A stretch of 64,000 nt of DNA from the NCBI GenBank assembly GCA_041178085.1, contig JBEGVZ010000104.1, forward strand, positions 1-64,000, read 5' to 3'. Each line of letters opens with the position of its first letter. Positions within the stretch are counted from its first letter, which is position 1. Shown here piece by piece: positions 1 through 7,504 of the stretch. The notes under the pieces are model-generated. The model ran no database searches. It was not told the origin of the DNA and was given only the letters and a program-made list of their open reading frames with translations. Origin of the DNA: Pseudomonadota bacterium. GTDB lineage: Bacteria; Bdellovibrionota_B; Oligoflexia; Oligoflexales; RGVZ01. The translations under genes were made by a program, and so were the position numbers.

Positions 1-538
1 CAAGGGCAAAAAACATCAGGCTCAACATCTCACCGTCCAGCGCCTTGACCGCGGACTCAAGGGGGTTGCGCGGAATGATGTCGACAATAGCCTGCCCAAA
101 TGACTTCCCTGCAGAAGCGCTGGCAGAAATGGACGCCAGCGCGTCCTTGCTCTGACTGGCGAGTCCCAGGTCAATTGACACGATCCGACCCGGCTCAAAA
201 ACGTTTACCAGAGTCACACCCACTGCGACCGATATGCCGCTCAGGATGACCGTCCAGATCAGTGTCTTGCGCGCGACTCCGCCAAATTGCTGACCTTCCG
301 CCAACTCAAAAATCCCGAGCACGATCGCAGAGAAAACGACCGGAACGACGATCATGAATATCAGCCGCAGAAATATCTGGCCGACCGGAGGCAGGACGTG
401 GACAGCGATGTCCTTCAACAAAGGAACATCTGGGAACCTGTTGGCAACAACCCCAAGGACCATTCCTCCCAGAAGGGCAAGAATCAATGCAGAAGGCCTG
501 ATAGGTGGCGCCTTGGCGCCCGGGGAAGCAACTGACAT
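1..538 (-). CDS. Dicarboxylate/amino acid:cation symporter (DAACS, GltP-like), 5' part; runs off the window
   Basis: Manual translation from ATG at 538: MSVASPG...LALLGGMVLG...PVGQIFLRLIFMIVVPVVFSAIVLG...IIPRNPLESAVKALDGEMLSLMFFAL. These are typical DAACS motifs. Missing from the ORF track because it is truncated. Confidence 0.9.
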   Translation of the reverse strand, partial: MSVASPGAKAPPIRPSALILALLGGMVLGVVANRFPDVPLLKDIAVHVLPPVGQIFLRLIFMIVVPVVFSAIVLGIFELAEGQQFGGVARKTLIWTVILSGISVAVGVTLVNVFEPGRIVSIDLGLASQSKDALASISASASAGKSFGQAIVDIIPRNPLESAVKALDGEMLSLMFFAL

Positions 539-544
539 GAAACC

Positions 545-1324
545 TCACTCAGGGGGATTATCCAGGGGGAAACGACCGGGGGAGGAGATCACCGCAGCAA
601 TGCGACGACATGTCTCCCCGGCATCGGCTTTCCATCGCAAAGACCGCAAGGCACTGCGTGCCGTGCATTTGTGGAAAACAAGCAGTTCGTTCAATTTGCC
701 ATCGAGAAGTTCCGGAGCCACCTGCCCATTCCGCGGCACCGTCCCACGCACAGAGGAATTCAAGCGGATTCCACTAAACACCCAGGCATCGACACCAGAG
801 ATGGATCCAGTACCCGCACTGCGGTGACACATTCCACAAGTCATCCTGTCGCCTGGCTCGATGGGACGGGTCGCATCGGCAAGGGCCTGTTCAAGGTTCG
901 TCGCAGTCCGCGTCGGAACGTTCGCCAGAAAGACTTCATCACGATTGCCTGCCACCGCCGGCTGGCCTATTTCGATACGGTCGCCGTTAAGACCTGCCAC
1001 CAGGTTAAACGAACTAATCAAACCACCGGGAAATACCTGGAAGCACCGGAAGTCTCCTTCCTCGGGAGCTGCCGGCTGGGCGCTTCCCCGGCTGGTCGTG
1101 CATGCCACTTCAGCGTGGGGCGCATATTCCTCAAGAATCGCCGCCAAAGACACAGGCCCCCCACCGGCCAGGGCATTCCGGCAGTCCACCACATCCTTGA
1201 TGGTCTGCGGGGGCGGGCAGGTCGCACCAGCCAAAAAAAACGCCACGCCACCTGTCCAACAGGCTGCGCGGCGCTTAAACCACCGAAATGAAACGAATTT
1301 TTTGAAATTAACGGGCGGCATCAT
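545..1324 (-). CDS. Exported Cys-rich protein with one CxxCH motif (putative c-type cytochrome/lipoprotein)
   Basis: Basic N-terminus plus hydrophobic stretch ending in LAGATC; CGMCH motif; several further Cys. Confidence 0.6.
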   Translation of the reverse strand: MMPPVNFKKFVSFRWFKRRAACWTGGVAFFLAGATCPPPQTIKDVVDCRNALAGGGPVSLAAILEEYAPHAEVACTTSRGSAQPAAPEEGDFRCFQVFPGGLISSFNLVAGLNGDRIEIGQPAVAGNRDEVFLANVPTRTATNLEQALADATRPIEPGDRMTCGMCHRSAGTGSISGVDAWVFSGIRLNSSVRGTVPRNGQVAPELLDGKLNELLVFHKCTARSALRSLRWKADAGETCRRIAAVISSPGRFPLDNPPE

Positions 1325-1368
1325 CCCAACTTCATATCAAAACACCAAGGACCCCGCTAGCGTTCCTC

Positions 1369-2482
1369 AACTGCCCCCATCCGCTGTTCATGCTCAAAGA
1401 CGCAGCACGAGGCGAGGCATCGAATCCGGTGGCTTTTTCGTTGCCGGATTTTTAGTCAGGTACTGGTTATGAAACCAGACATAGAGATCAAGGTGATCCT
1501 GCAAGCGATCGGCGCGCTTGCTGATGCACCATGTCTTTCGATACATCCGGTTGATGTTTGCACGGACCATGGCCGCTGTATGGTTGAATGGAAACAGCGG
1601 ATCAAAACGCGTTTTTTTCAGTTCTCCCTGCCCAGCAACACAGCCCCGGTGCCCCTTCGTCGCGACGTGCCGAGCTCCGGGCAAGACAGAGCGGATCAGC
1701 GGAGGATATGCCGGACACTTGTCTGACCTGATCTCAACTCCAGGAGCGGAGACCTTCCCCAGCGCAGCAAGAACAGCCATCCGCGCCTGTCGCCTTTCAT
1801 CCTTCCTGGGACCGTATTTCTTCAGACTTTTGGCAGCAAGCTTCCCTTTAGCCGGCATCGAGCAAACCCGGAGAGAAATGATCTTCCTGCCATTACGGTC
1901 CAATGCAATGGGAATCGATACAGGCTTGAGCTTGCTATGGATTGACGACTCCATATCGTCAAAAAAAGCTTCTGTGATGGGCGGGTGGTTTTCAAGATGG
2001 AGGCTATTTCTCCGGCGAGCCTGGTCTCCGAGGAAAACCAAGCGACGAGCGACTGTCTTGGGATCAATGCGAAGCTCGCGCGCAATGCGTCTTTGCGACA
2101 TCCCCGAGCACAATTTGAAGGCAAGAGGGTTGTTGAGATACGGCTTTTGCTGGCGCCACGTTGGCGTCAGCGTGAGAGAGGAAAAAGTCCTTTTGCACCC
2201 CCGGCACAGGAACCTCTGAATTTTCCGTCCATCAAATTTCCTCTGGTACCATCCGCGACGGACAGCAAGCGTTCGGGGACTTCCCGGGGCTTTTTCTTCA
2301 TTGCAATATGGGCATTCGTCTCGGCCTCTCATGCGGTCAGGGATAATGCACGCGCCCCCGCAAACCCAGTGGCATTGGACGTCATGTCCGAAACCGGCGA
2401 GCCGGTTTTAATAGATGCCCCTCGAAACAATACCCAGACAACACCTCTACATCGACTTAATGTCCACCGAATGGGGGCAGTT
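1369..2482. mobile_element. IS1-like insertion sequence, about 1114 bp
   Basis: Imperfect 22-bp terminal inverted repeats AACTGCCCCCATCCGCTGTTCA (1369-1390) and TGTCCACCGAATGGGGGCAGTT (2461-2482), 18/22 matching with the outer 12 perfect, enclose the transposase. No target-site duplication visible. Confidence 0.7.
1394..2332 (-). CDS. Transposase, IS1/IS1595-like (Zn ribbon + HTH + RNase H-like catalytic domain)
   Basis: CPYC...CRGC zinc ribbon; HTH MSQRRIARELRIDPKTVARR; FDDME and RSD acidic motifs; C-terminal FNHTAAMVRANINRMYRKTWCISK resembles the IS1 InsB terminal helix. Confidence 0.85.
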   Translation of the reverse strand: MRGRDECPYCNEEKAPGSPRTLAVRRGWYQRKFDGRKIQRFLCRGCKRTFSSLTLTPTWRQQKPYLNNPLAFKLCSGMSQRRIARELRIDPKTVARRLVFLGDQARRRNSLHLENHPPITEAFFDDMESSIHSKLKPVSIPIALDRNGRKIISLRVCSMPAKGKLAAKSLKKYGPRKDERRQARMAVLAALGKVSAPGVEIRSDKCPAYPPLIRSVLPGARHVATKGHRGCVAGQGELKKTRFDPLFPFNHTAAMVRANINRMYRKTWCISKRADRLQDHLDLYVWFHNQYLTKNPATKKPPDSMPRLVLRL

Positions 2483-2484
2483 AA

Positions 2485-2512
2485 TAAAGTTCCACCCATA
2501 AATAGCCGATAG
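2485..2512 (+). promoter_or_regulatory. Sigma28 (FliA)-type promoter
   Basis: TAAAGTT...GCCGATAG (TAAA-N16-GCCGAT), ending 27 bp before the 2540 ORF. Confidence 0.6.
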
Positions 2513-2539
2513 AGAGAAGGTTTTTCGGGAGTTCCGCCC

Positions 2540-3199
2540 ATGATAAATGTGACCGAAAAAAAGCAGCTATCAGATCCGCCATTTGCGCGAAAAGTACAAG
2601 CTTTTTGCTGCTTGGTTGCGTTGTGGAACTGCGCTTCCCCGCCACCGCCAAAGCCTGCAGCGCTGGCCCCATCCCCTACCCAGAGCGCCATCCCGACAAC
2701 GACGCCTGCTACTCAGCAGCTTTATGACGTCAGCGGACTTGGTGACAAGCATCCGGACCTGGTCAACGTCCCCGCCCTCGACAAGTGCAAGTCTGCAGGT
2801 CAGGCGTTTATCCGCCGTCGACTGGGGGGAGAGACCATCGAACGCTGCAGTAGTGTTACAATGGAATCAGGCTGGTGTAATTTCGCTGGTATCTCGGCAA
2901 AGTTCGACGCCCTCGGAAACGTCTCGATGACCATGCGTGGAATCCCGGACATGGCGGACGTGGTCGGAAAGAAGCCCTCCGAGCTGCTACAGGCTCTGGA
3001 GGCAGCCGGCTGGTTGCCCGATCAGTGCGCAACCAACGAAGGCAACGGATCTACCAGGGAACCCGTGGTTTTCCTTTACCGGCTAAAAACCGGCACCGGT
3101 ACAATCCAGGCAGATGTTTTGCAGGTGCTGCCGATCTGCCTCTCTCCGCCAAAGGATGCGACATGGACGTACAAGGACAAGGCGCTCTGCGAAATCTGA
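2540..3199 (+). CDS. Cys-rich hypothetical lipoprotein
   Basis: Lipobox-like LVALWNC, Pro/Thr-rich tether, six further Cys. Confidence 0.65.
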   Translation: MINVTEKKQLSDPPFARKVQAFCCLVALWNCASPPPPKPAALAPSPTQSAIPTTTPATQQLYDVSGLGDKHPDLVNVPALDKCKSAGQAFIRRRLGGETIERCSSVTMESGWCNFAGISAKFDALGNVSMTMRGIPDMADVVGKKPSELLQALEAAGWLPDQCATNEGNGSTREPVVFLYRLKTGTGTIQADVLQVLPICLSPPKDATWTYKDKALCEI

Positions 3200-3210
3200 A
3201 GTTTCTTTCT

Positions 3211-4377
3211 GTGCGCCTCCGGTTTTCCGTCTTGGTCGGGATGTTGGCGCTTGTGCCACTGACAATCCTCAACGGCTCCTGCAAATCACGCAATTCCATG
3301 AAGGTAGCGCACGTCAAAAACGCTGGCGGGCTTGCTGAAGCATCGAACCTGAGCCCGGCGTGCGCCGACGCCTGCAGGGACGTGACCTCTGACGAAAACT
3401 GGGCGACTTGTTACTCTTGCCGGTGCAAGGCGGCGATGGACGGCTGGCTGCCTTCCCCCGCAGAAGTCAGTTGCAACGCCGCCAGGGAAATCCCTGTCTA
3501 CCAGGCCAGGGATACCCCGGAGGGAATCACGCTGGAGAAGATCTCCGGCGCTGTCGCCGAATGCTTCAATCCTCCTCGCTTGCCGGACGCACGCAGGTAC
3601 GGGGGAGGATGCTTTCCCGGTAGCAAGCTTGGCCAATTGCAGCGAGGAAGTATCTGGGCGAAGTGGGTGTGTCGGCGCGAGAAAAACTCCGGCAAATTTT
3701 TCGATCCGCAGCACAACTACGATGATCATGGCCTGATCCTGTTCAACGAACGAAATGGAGCCACGTGTTTCTTCGATGACACGGATGGCGTGACCAACGA
3801 CAACAACAATCCCGATATCGACCTGACCAGCGGGGACACCGGGAAGGTAAAAGCATTCCTCGGTACATACTACCGGCAAGAGGGCGGATCCTGCATTGGT
3901 TGCCATGACAACGATCCCTTCATGTACAGTCCATATCTCAAGGGCGCGGACTGGCAGAGCAGTCCGTCTTACACTCTAGGCAAGTATTTTGCGGTCCACA
4001 CCGGTCAAGAGGAACAATCACATGTCCGGTACCTGACGTCCGAGAAAGCGGCACCGTGCCTGATGTGCCACAGGATCGGCCAGGGAAATACCTGCGGGAA
4101 ATTCGTGGGCGATTCCGCTGGAAACCCTGAAATCGAAAGCTTGCAGTCATGGATTCGCGGAAACCCCGGGGCAAAGCCATCAAGACCTGCACGTTGGGGC
4201 CTGGCGCGTGACCCTCATGGCCACACATGGTCTACCCCGGCATGGATGCCGCCCGACATGGACGAGGAACAGGTAACGGAAAAAGCCTGGAATGATGAGT
4301 ACCGCGAGGCCATCGAAACCATCGAGAGCTGCTGCGAAAACCCCAAAGCCGCCGGTTGCGAGTGGTCAACCCTCTGA
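3211..4377 (+). CDS. Cys-rich lipoprotein with two CxxCH motifs (putative diheme cytochrome c)
   Basis: GTG at 3211 gives signal MRLRFSVLVGMLALVPLTILNGSC; motifs CIGCH and CLMCH; many extra Cys. The ORF-track start (3025) overlaps the upstream gene. Confidence 0.7.
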   Translation: MRLRFSVLVGMLALVPLTILNGSCKSRNSMKVAHVKNAGGLAEASNLSPACADACRDVTSDENWATCYSCRCKAAMDGWLPSPAEVSCNAAREIPVYQARDTPEGITLEKISGAVAECFNPPRLPDARRYGGGCFPGSKLGQLQRGSIWAKWVCRREKNSGKFFDPQHNYDDHGLILFNERNGATCFFDDTDGVTNDNNNPDIDLTSGDTGKVKAFLGTYYRQEGGSCIGCHDNDPFMYSPYLKGADWQSSPSYTLGKYFAVHTGQEEQSHVRYLTSEKAAPCLMCHRIGQGNTCGKFVGDSAGNPEIESLQSWIRGNPGAKPSRPARWGLARDPHGHTWSTPAWMPPDMDEEQVTEKAWNDEYREAIETIESCCENPKAAGCEWSTL

Positions 4378-4406
4378 TTTAAAAGGACTTTATTTTATAA
4401 AAACCC

Positions 4407-4433
4407 TTAATTTTTGCCCCTGGTTGCCGATAA
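4407..4433 (+). promoter_or_regulatory. Possible sigma28-type promoter
   Basis: TTAA-N15-GCCGATAA (perfect -10, weak -35) upstream of the 4461 ORF. Confidence 0.45.
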
Positions 4434-4460
4434 GAAGGAAGTAACCAGAGGGGAAATTTG

Positions 4461-4967
4461 ATGGGTTCCGAACACCAATTCGACGACCTGATCGCTTGCG
4501 TCCGAAACCTCAAGTCGAACAGGCTATTCATCGTGATCGATGACTCGCGGACGGACCGTTACACTTTGATTGCGCCGGATGGCGTCACACGTGAATTGCC
4601 TGCGGAGCTATTCGGCGAGGAAGAAAATCACCGCTTGGCGGAAGTTCTGCCGGAGCAGCGCGAAGCTTACAAGGAGTGGATGGCGGAGGAAGCAATCCGG
4701 ATCAACCTTGCCGCGAGCAAGGATTCGGTGGTTGAGTATGAATATCCGCGCCTGACGTTTATCAAACAAGTCATTGAAGCACTCGGTCCCGAAGAGGTCT
4801 TCCGTGTGAGGTGCAGAGACGGTATCTTTGAGTTCACGCGCAGCGAATTTGAAGCCGACTTCCAGAAGGTGATTCACAGCAAGCAGTATCAGAATTACGG
4901 TTTTTATGCCTACCGCACAACGCCGGAACGCGCTCACTACTACAGGATCAGCAGGGCAGCAGCATGA
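4461..4967 (+). CDS. Hypothetical protein (apparently two small domains)
   Basis: RBS GAGGGGA before ATG 4461; protein-like composition; ATGA overlap with the next gene. Confidence 0.7.
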   Translation: MGSEHQFDDLIACVRNLKSNRLFIVIDDSRTDRYTLIAPDGVTRELPAELFGEEENHRLAEVLPEQREAYKEWMAEEAIRINLAASKDSVVEYEYPRLTFIKQVIEALGPEEVFRVRCRDGIFEFTRSEFEADFQKVIHSKQYQNYGFYAYRTTPERAHYYRISRAAA

Positions 4968-5821
4968 AGCAAACCACAAGGACGTGGACGAACGACGAAA
5001 GACTGACAACCTTCAGCCAGGGCTGGCTGCCAGAAGGCGAGCAGGATGCATTAAAATCGGGGGTCAAGGACCTCGTGATCATCCTGCACGGACTGGGTGA
5101 ACATTCAGACCGCTATCAAGCCTGGGCAAAACGTTTTGTTGACGCAGGCATGGCTGTTTACGCACTGGACCTGCCTGGTCACGGCCGAACCGCAGGACGC
5201 CGCGGCCACGCAAGATCCTTCGGTGCCATCTTCGACGACATCAAAAACTTGATCGCGCGCTGCCGGCAAGACCACCCTGCAGCCCGCATACACTTTTACG
5301 GCCACAGCATGGGTGGCGCCATTACGCTTGGATATGCGACCATTCGCAGAGACGACGCCCTGGCAGCGGGCGTAACGTCCCTTACACTTTCCGGTCCTGC
5401 CATCAAGCCTGGGTTTGAGCCGCCCGTCTGGAAGATCAAGCTTGCTGCGCTGCTGGAACGACTGGCGCCGGGACTCACCCTTCCCAGCGGTCTTGATCCC
5501 GATTGGTTATCGACAAATCCCTCTGTGATCAGTGCCTACAAGGCAGATCCGCTGGTGCACGACATGATTTCTGTGCGCTGGTACAACGATTGGATGCGCA
5601 CGCTCGCCGCTGTCGAAGCCGCGGCCGCGGAGAACAAGTTTCCAGTGTTGGTGATGCACGCGGGAGATGACCAGGCGACTTCACCGGCCGCGTCAGAAAA
5701 AATGGCTCGCCTGCTGAAGGCACGTTTCCATCTATTTCCCGGCGCACGCCATGAGATCCACCACGAATCCTGCGCTGATGACGCCTTTCGCATGGCCCTG
5801 TCGTTCATGCAGGGGGCTTGA
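4964..5821 (+). CDS. Alpha/beta hydrolase, lysophospholipase/monoglyceride lipase family
   Basis: HGLGEH, DLPGHG, nucleophile elbow GHSMG, HAGDD, ARHEIH. Confidence 0.9.
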   Translation: MKQTTRTWTNDERLTTFSQGWLPEGEQDALKSGVKDLVIILHGLGEHSDRYQAWAKRFVDAGMAVYALDLPGHGRTAGRRGHARSFGAIFDDIKNLIARCRQDHPAARIHFYGHSMGGAITLGYATIRRDDALAAGVTSLTLSGPAIKPGFEPPVWKIKLAALLERLAPGLTLPSGLDPDWLSTNPSVISAYKADPLVHDMISVRWYNDWMRTLAAVEAAAAENKFPVLVMHAGDDQATSPAASEKMARLLKARFHLFPGARHEIHHESCADDAFRMALSFMQGA

Positions 5822-7442
5822 CGGGGATTCTGGACATGGCAAGTTCAGTCATCGCCGTAATGGTCAGGCTGGGGTTCACCCCCAGATTGGCTGGAATGAC
5901 TGATCCGTCGCAAACATACAATCCCTGGTAACCGAAGATCCTGTGATGATCGTCCACCACGCCCTCTGATGGATCACGTGCGATGCTGCACCCACCAAGG
6001 ATGTGGGCTGTCGTCGGGATATTGAGCATGACTTCGTTGATTGCGCTTTGCGGGGCTCCACCAAGCTTGAGCGCGTAGGCCCGGGCCACCTGGTTTGCCA
6101 CTGGAATGTAGGCCGGAACCGGCAAAACACCGGCTTGCGGGGCAGTCGTCATCGCACGACGAAATCCGGAGCCCAGGCTGCGTGAAAGCCGCAGGCGCAT
6201 GCGGTTGTCGATGGTCTGCATGACCAACAGAATCACCGAGTTCTCCGCCCACGTCCAGGAAAAATAGAGTTTGGCGAGCTGAATCGGGCTGGTCGCCATG
6301 ACCAGGATGGCCTTGACCGCGCGAATGAACGGCGATCCACCGTCTACCATCGGCGCAGCCAGGAGCCGCATCAGGTCGGATCCACGATTATAAACCACTG
6401 GTTCGATGTGCGTGTCCTCGTCGGGGTGAAAGATGGATGTGATGGCCACGCCAGGCGCATAATCCGGTCGTTCGCGGGCGTCATCCCTTGCAACACCGAC
6501 AAGCGCCTCACTATTGGAACGGACGTTCCAACCCAGACGGTCTGAAATACGCGCAAGCGAACCCGTCTGGTGTTTGCACCGCAGCAGCAAATCCACCGTC
6601 CCCAGTACCCCTGCTGCGAACACCACATTTTTTGCGATGATTGCTTGCGGGTCTTTACGCCACCATGCCGTCGAACGAACTGTGTGAAGGGCGTAGCCCT
6701 CTTTCGTCGCGGAATCCTTGCCCAACGGGCGAACGTCGACAACCTTCCTTTCGGCAAGGATCTCTGCTCCCTTCCGCATGGCAAACCAAAGGTAATTCTT
6801 GACCAGCGTATTCTTGGCCCCGTGGCGACAACCGACCATGCAACCACCACAATAGATGCAGCCACGCCTTGGCGGCCCTTCACCACCAAAGTATGGATCG
6901 GGCACTTCCTTGCCTTCCTGACCGGGAGCCGCGAAATAAACACCCACCTGCGCGGGACGAAAAGTGTCACCCTTGCCCATGTCACGCGCCACCTCAGCGA
7001 GGACATGATCCTGTTCGCCGAGCCTTGGGTTGGTCGCCACGCCAAGCATGCGGCGAGCCTCGGCGTAATGCGGTGCCAGCTCCCCCTGCCAGTCGCGAAT
7101 CCCAGCCCACGAGCCCGTCCGATAAAACGTCTGTCCCGGCTCAAGCAACGTATTGGCATAGACCAGGCTACCACCGCCGACACCCGTACCGCTCAATACG
7201 AGTATGTTACGGAAGAACGTCATGTTCTGAATGCCGAAGCACTTGAGCAACGGCGCCCAAAGATATCTACGCAGGTCACGGTTGGTGCGGGCAAAATCGC
7301 GGTCGTCAAACCATTTACCCTGTTCAAGTACGATCACCCGGTAGCCTTTCTCTGAAAGGCGCAAGGCGGCGACACTTCCACCGAAGCCAGAGCCCACGAT
7401 CGCAAAATCAAATACAGAATCATCCGATCGACGATCTGTCAT
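5805..7442 (-). CDS. choD: GMC oxidoreductase, cholesterol oxidase (ChoD)-like
   Basis: GSGFGG FAD-binding motif, GVGGGSLVYAN, CIYCGGCMVGC, TAHILGG, GVNPSLTI. AGGAGA RBS before ATG 7442. Confidence 0.85.
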   Translation of the reverse strand: MTDRRSDDSVFDFAIVGSGFGGSVAALRLSEKGYRVIVLEQGKWFDDRDFARTNRDLRRYLWAPLLKCFGIQNMTFFRNILVLSGTGVGGGSLVYANTLLEPGQTFYRTGSWAGIRDWQGELAPHYAEARRMLGVATNPRLGEQDHVLAEVARDMGKGDTFRPAQVGVYFAAPGQEGKEVPDPYFGGEGPPRRGCIYCGGCMVGCRHGAKNTLVKNYLWFAMRKGAEILAERKVVDVRPLGKDSATKEGYALHTVRSTAWWRKDPQAIIAKNVVFAAGVLGTVDLLLRCKHQTGSLARISDRLGWNVRSNSEALVGVARDDARERPDYAPGVAITSIFHPDEDTHIEPVVYNRGSDLMRLLAAPMVDGGSPFIRAVKAILVMATSPIQLAKLYFSWTWAENSVILLVMQTIDNRMRLRLSRSLGSGFRRAMTTAPQAGVLPVPAYIPVANQVARAYALKLGGAPQSAINEVMLNIPTTAHILGGCSIARDPSEGVVDDHHRIFGYQGLYVCDGSVIPANLGVNPSLTITAMTELAMSRIPVKPPA

Positions 7443-7504
7443 GCAAATCTCCTGCGTGGAACGCCCCACCGCTCAAAGAGGATTCAAAAAAATAAAGTCA
7501 TGAT

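Noticed and set aside
2471..2542. dif/att-like recombination site formed by the IS end and two GTTCCRCCCAT copies
   Set aside because: No match to XerC/XerD arms and no recombinase; one copy is simply the spacer of the sigma28-like promoter.
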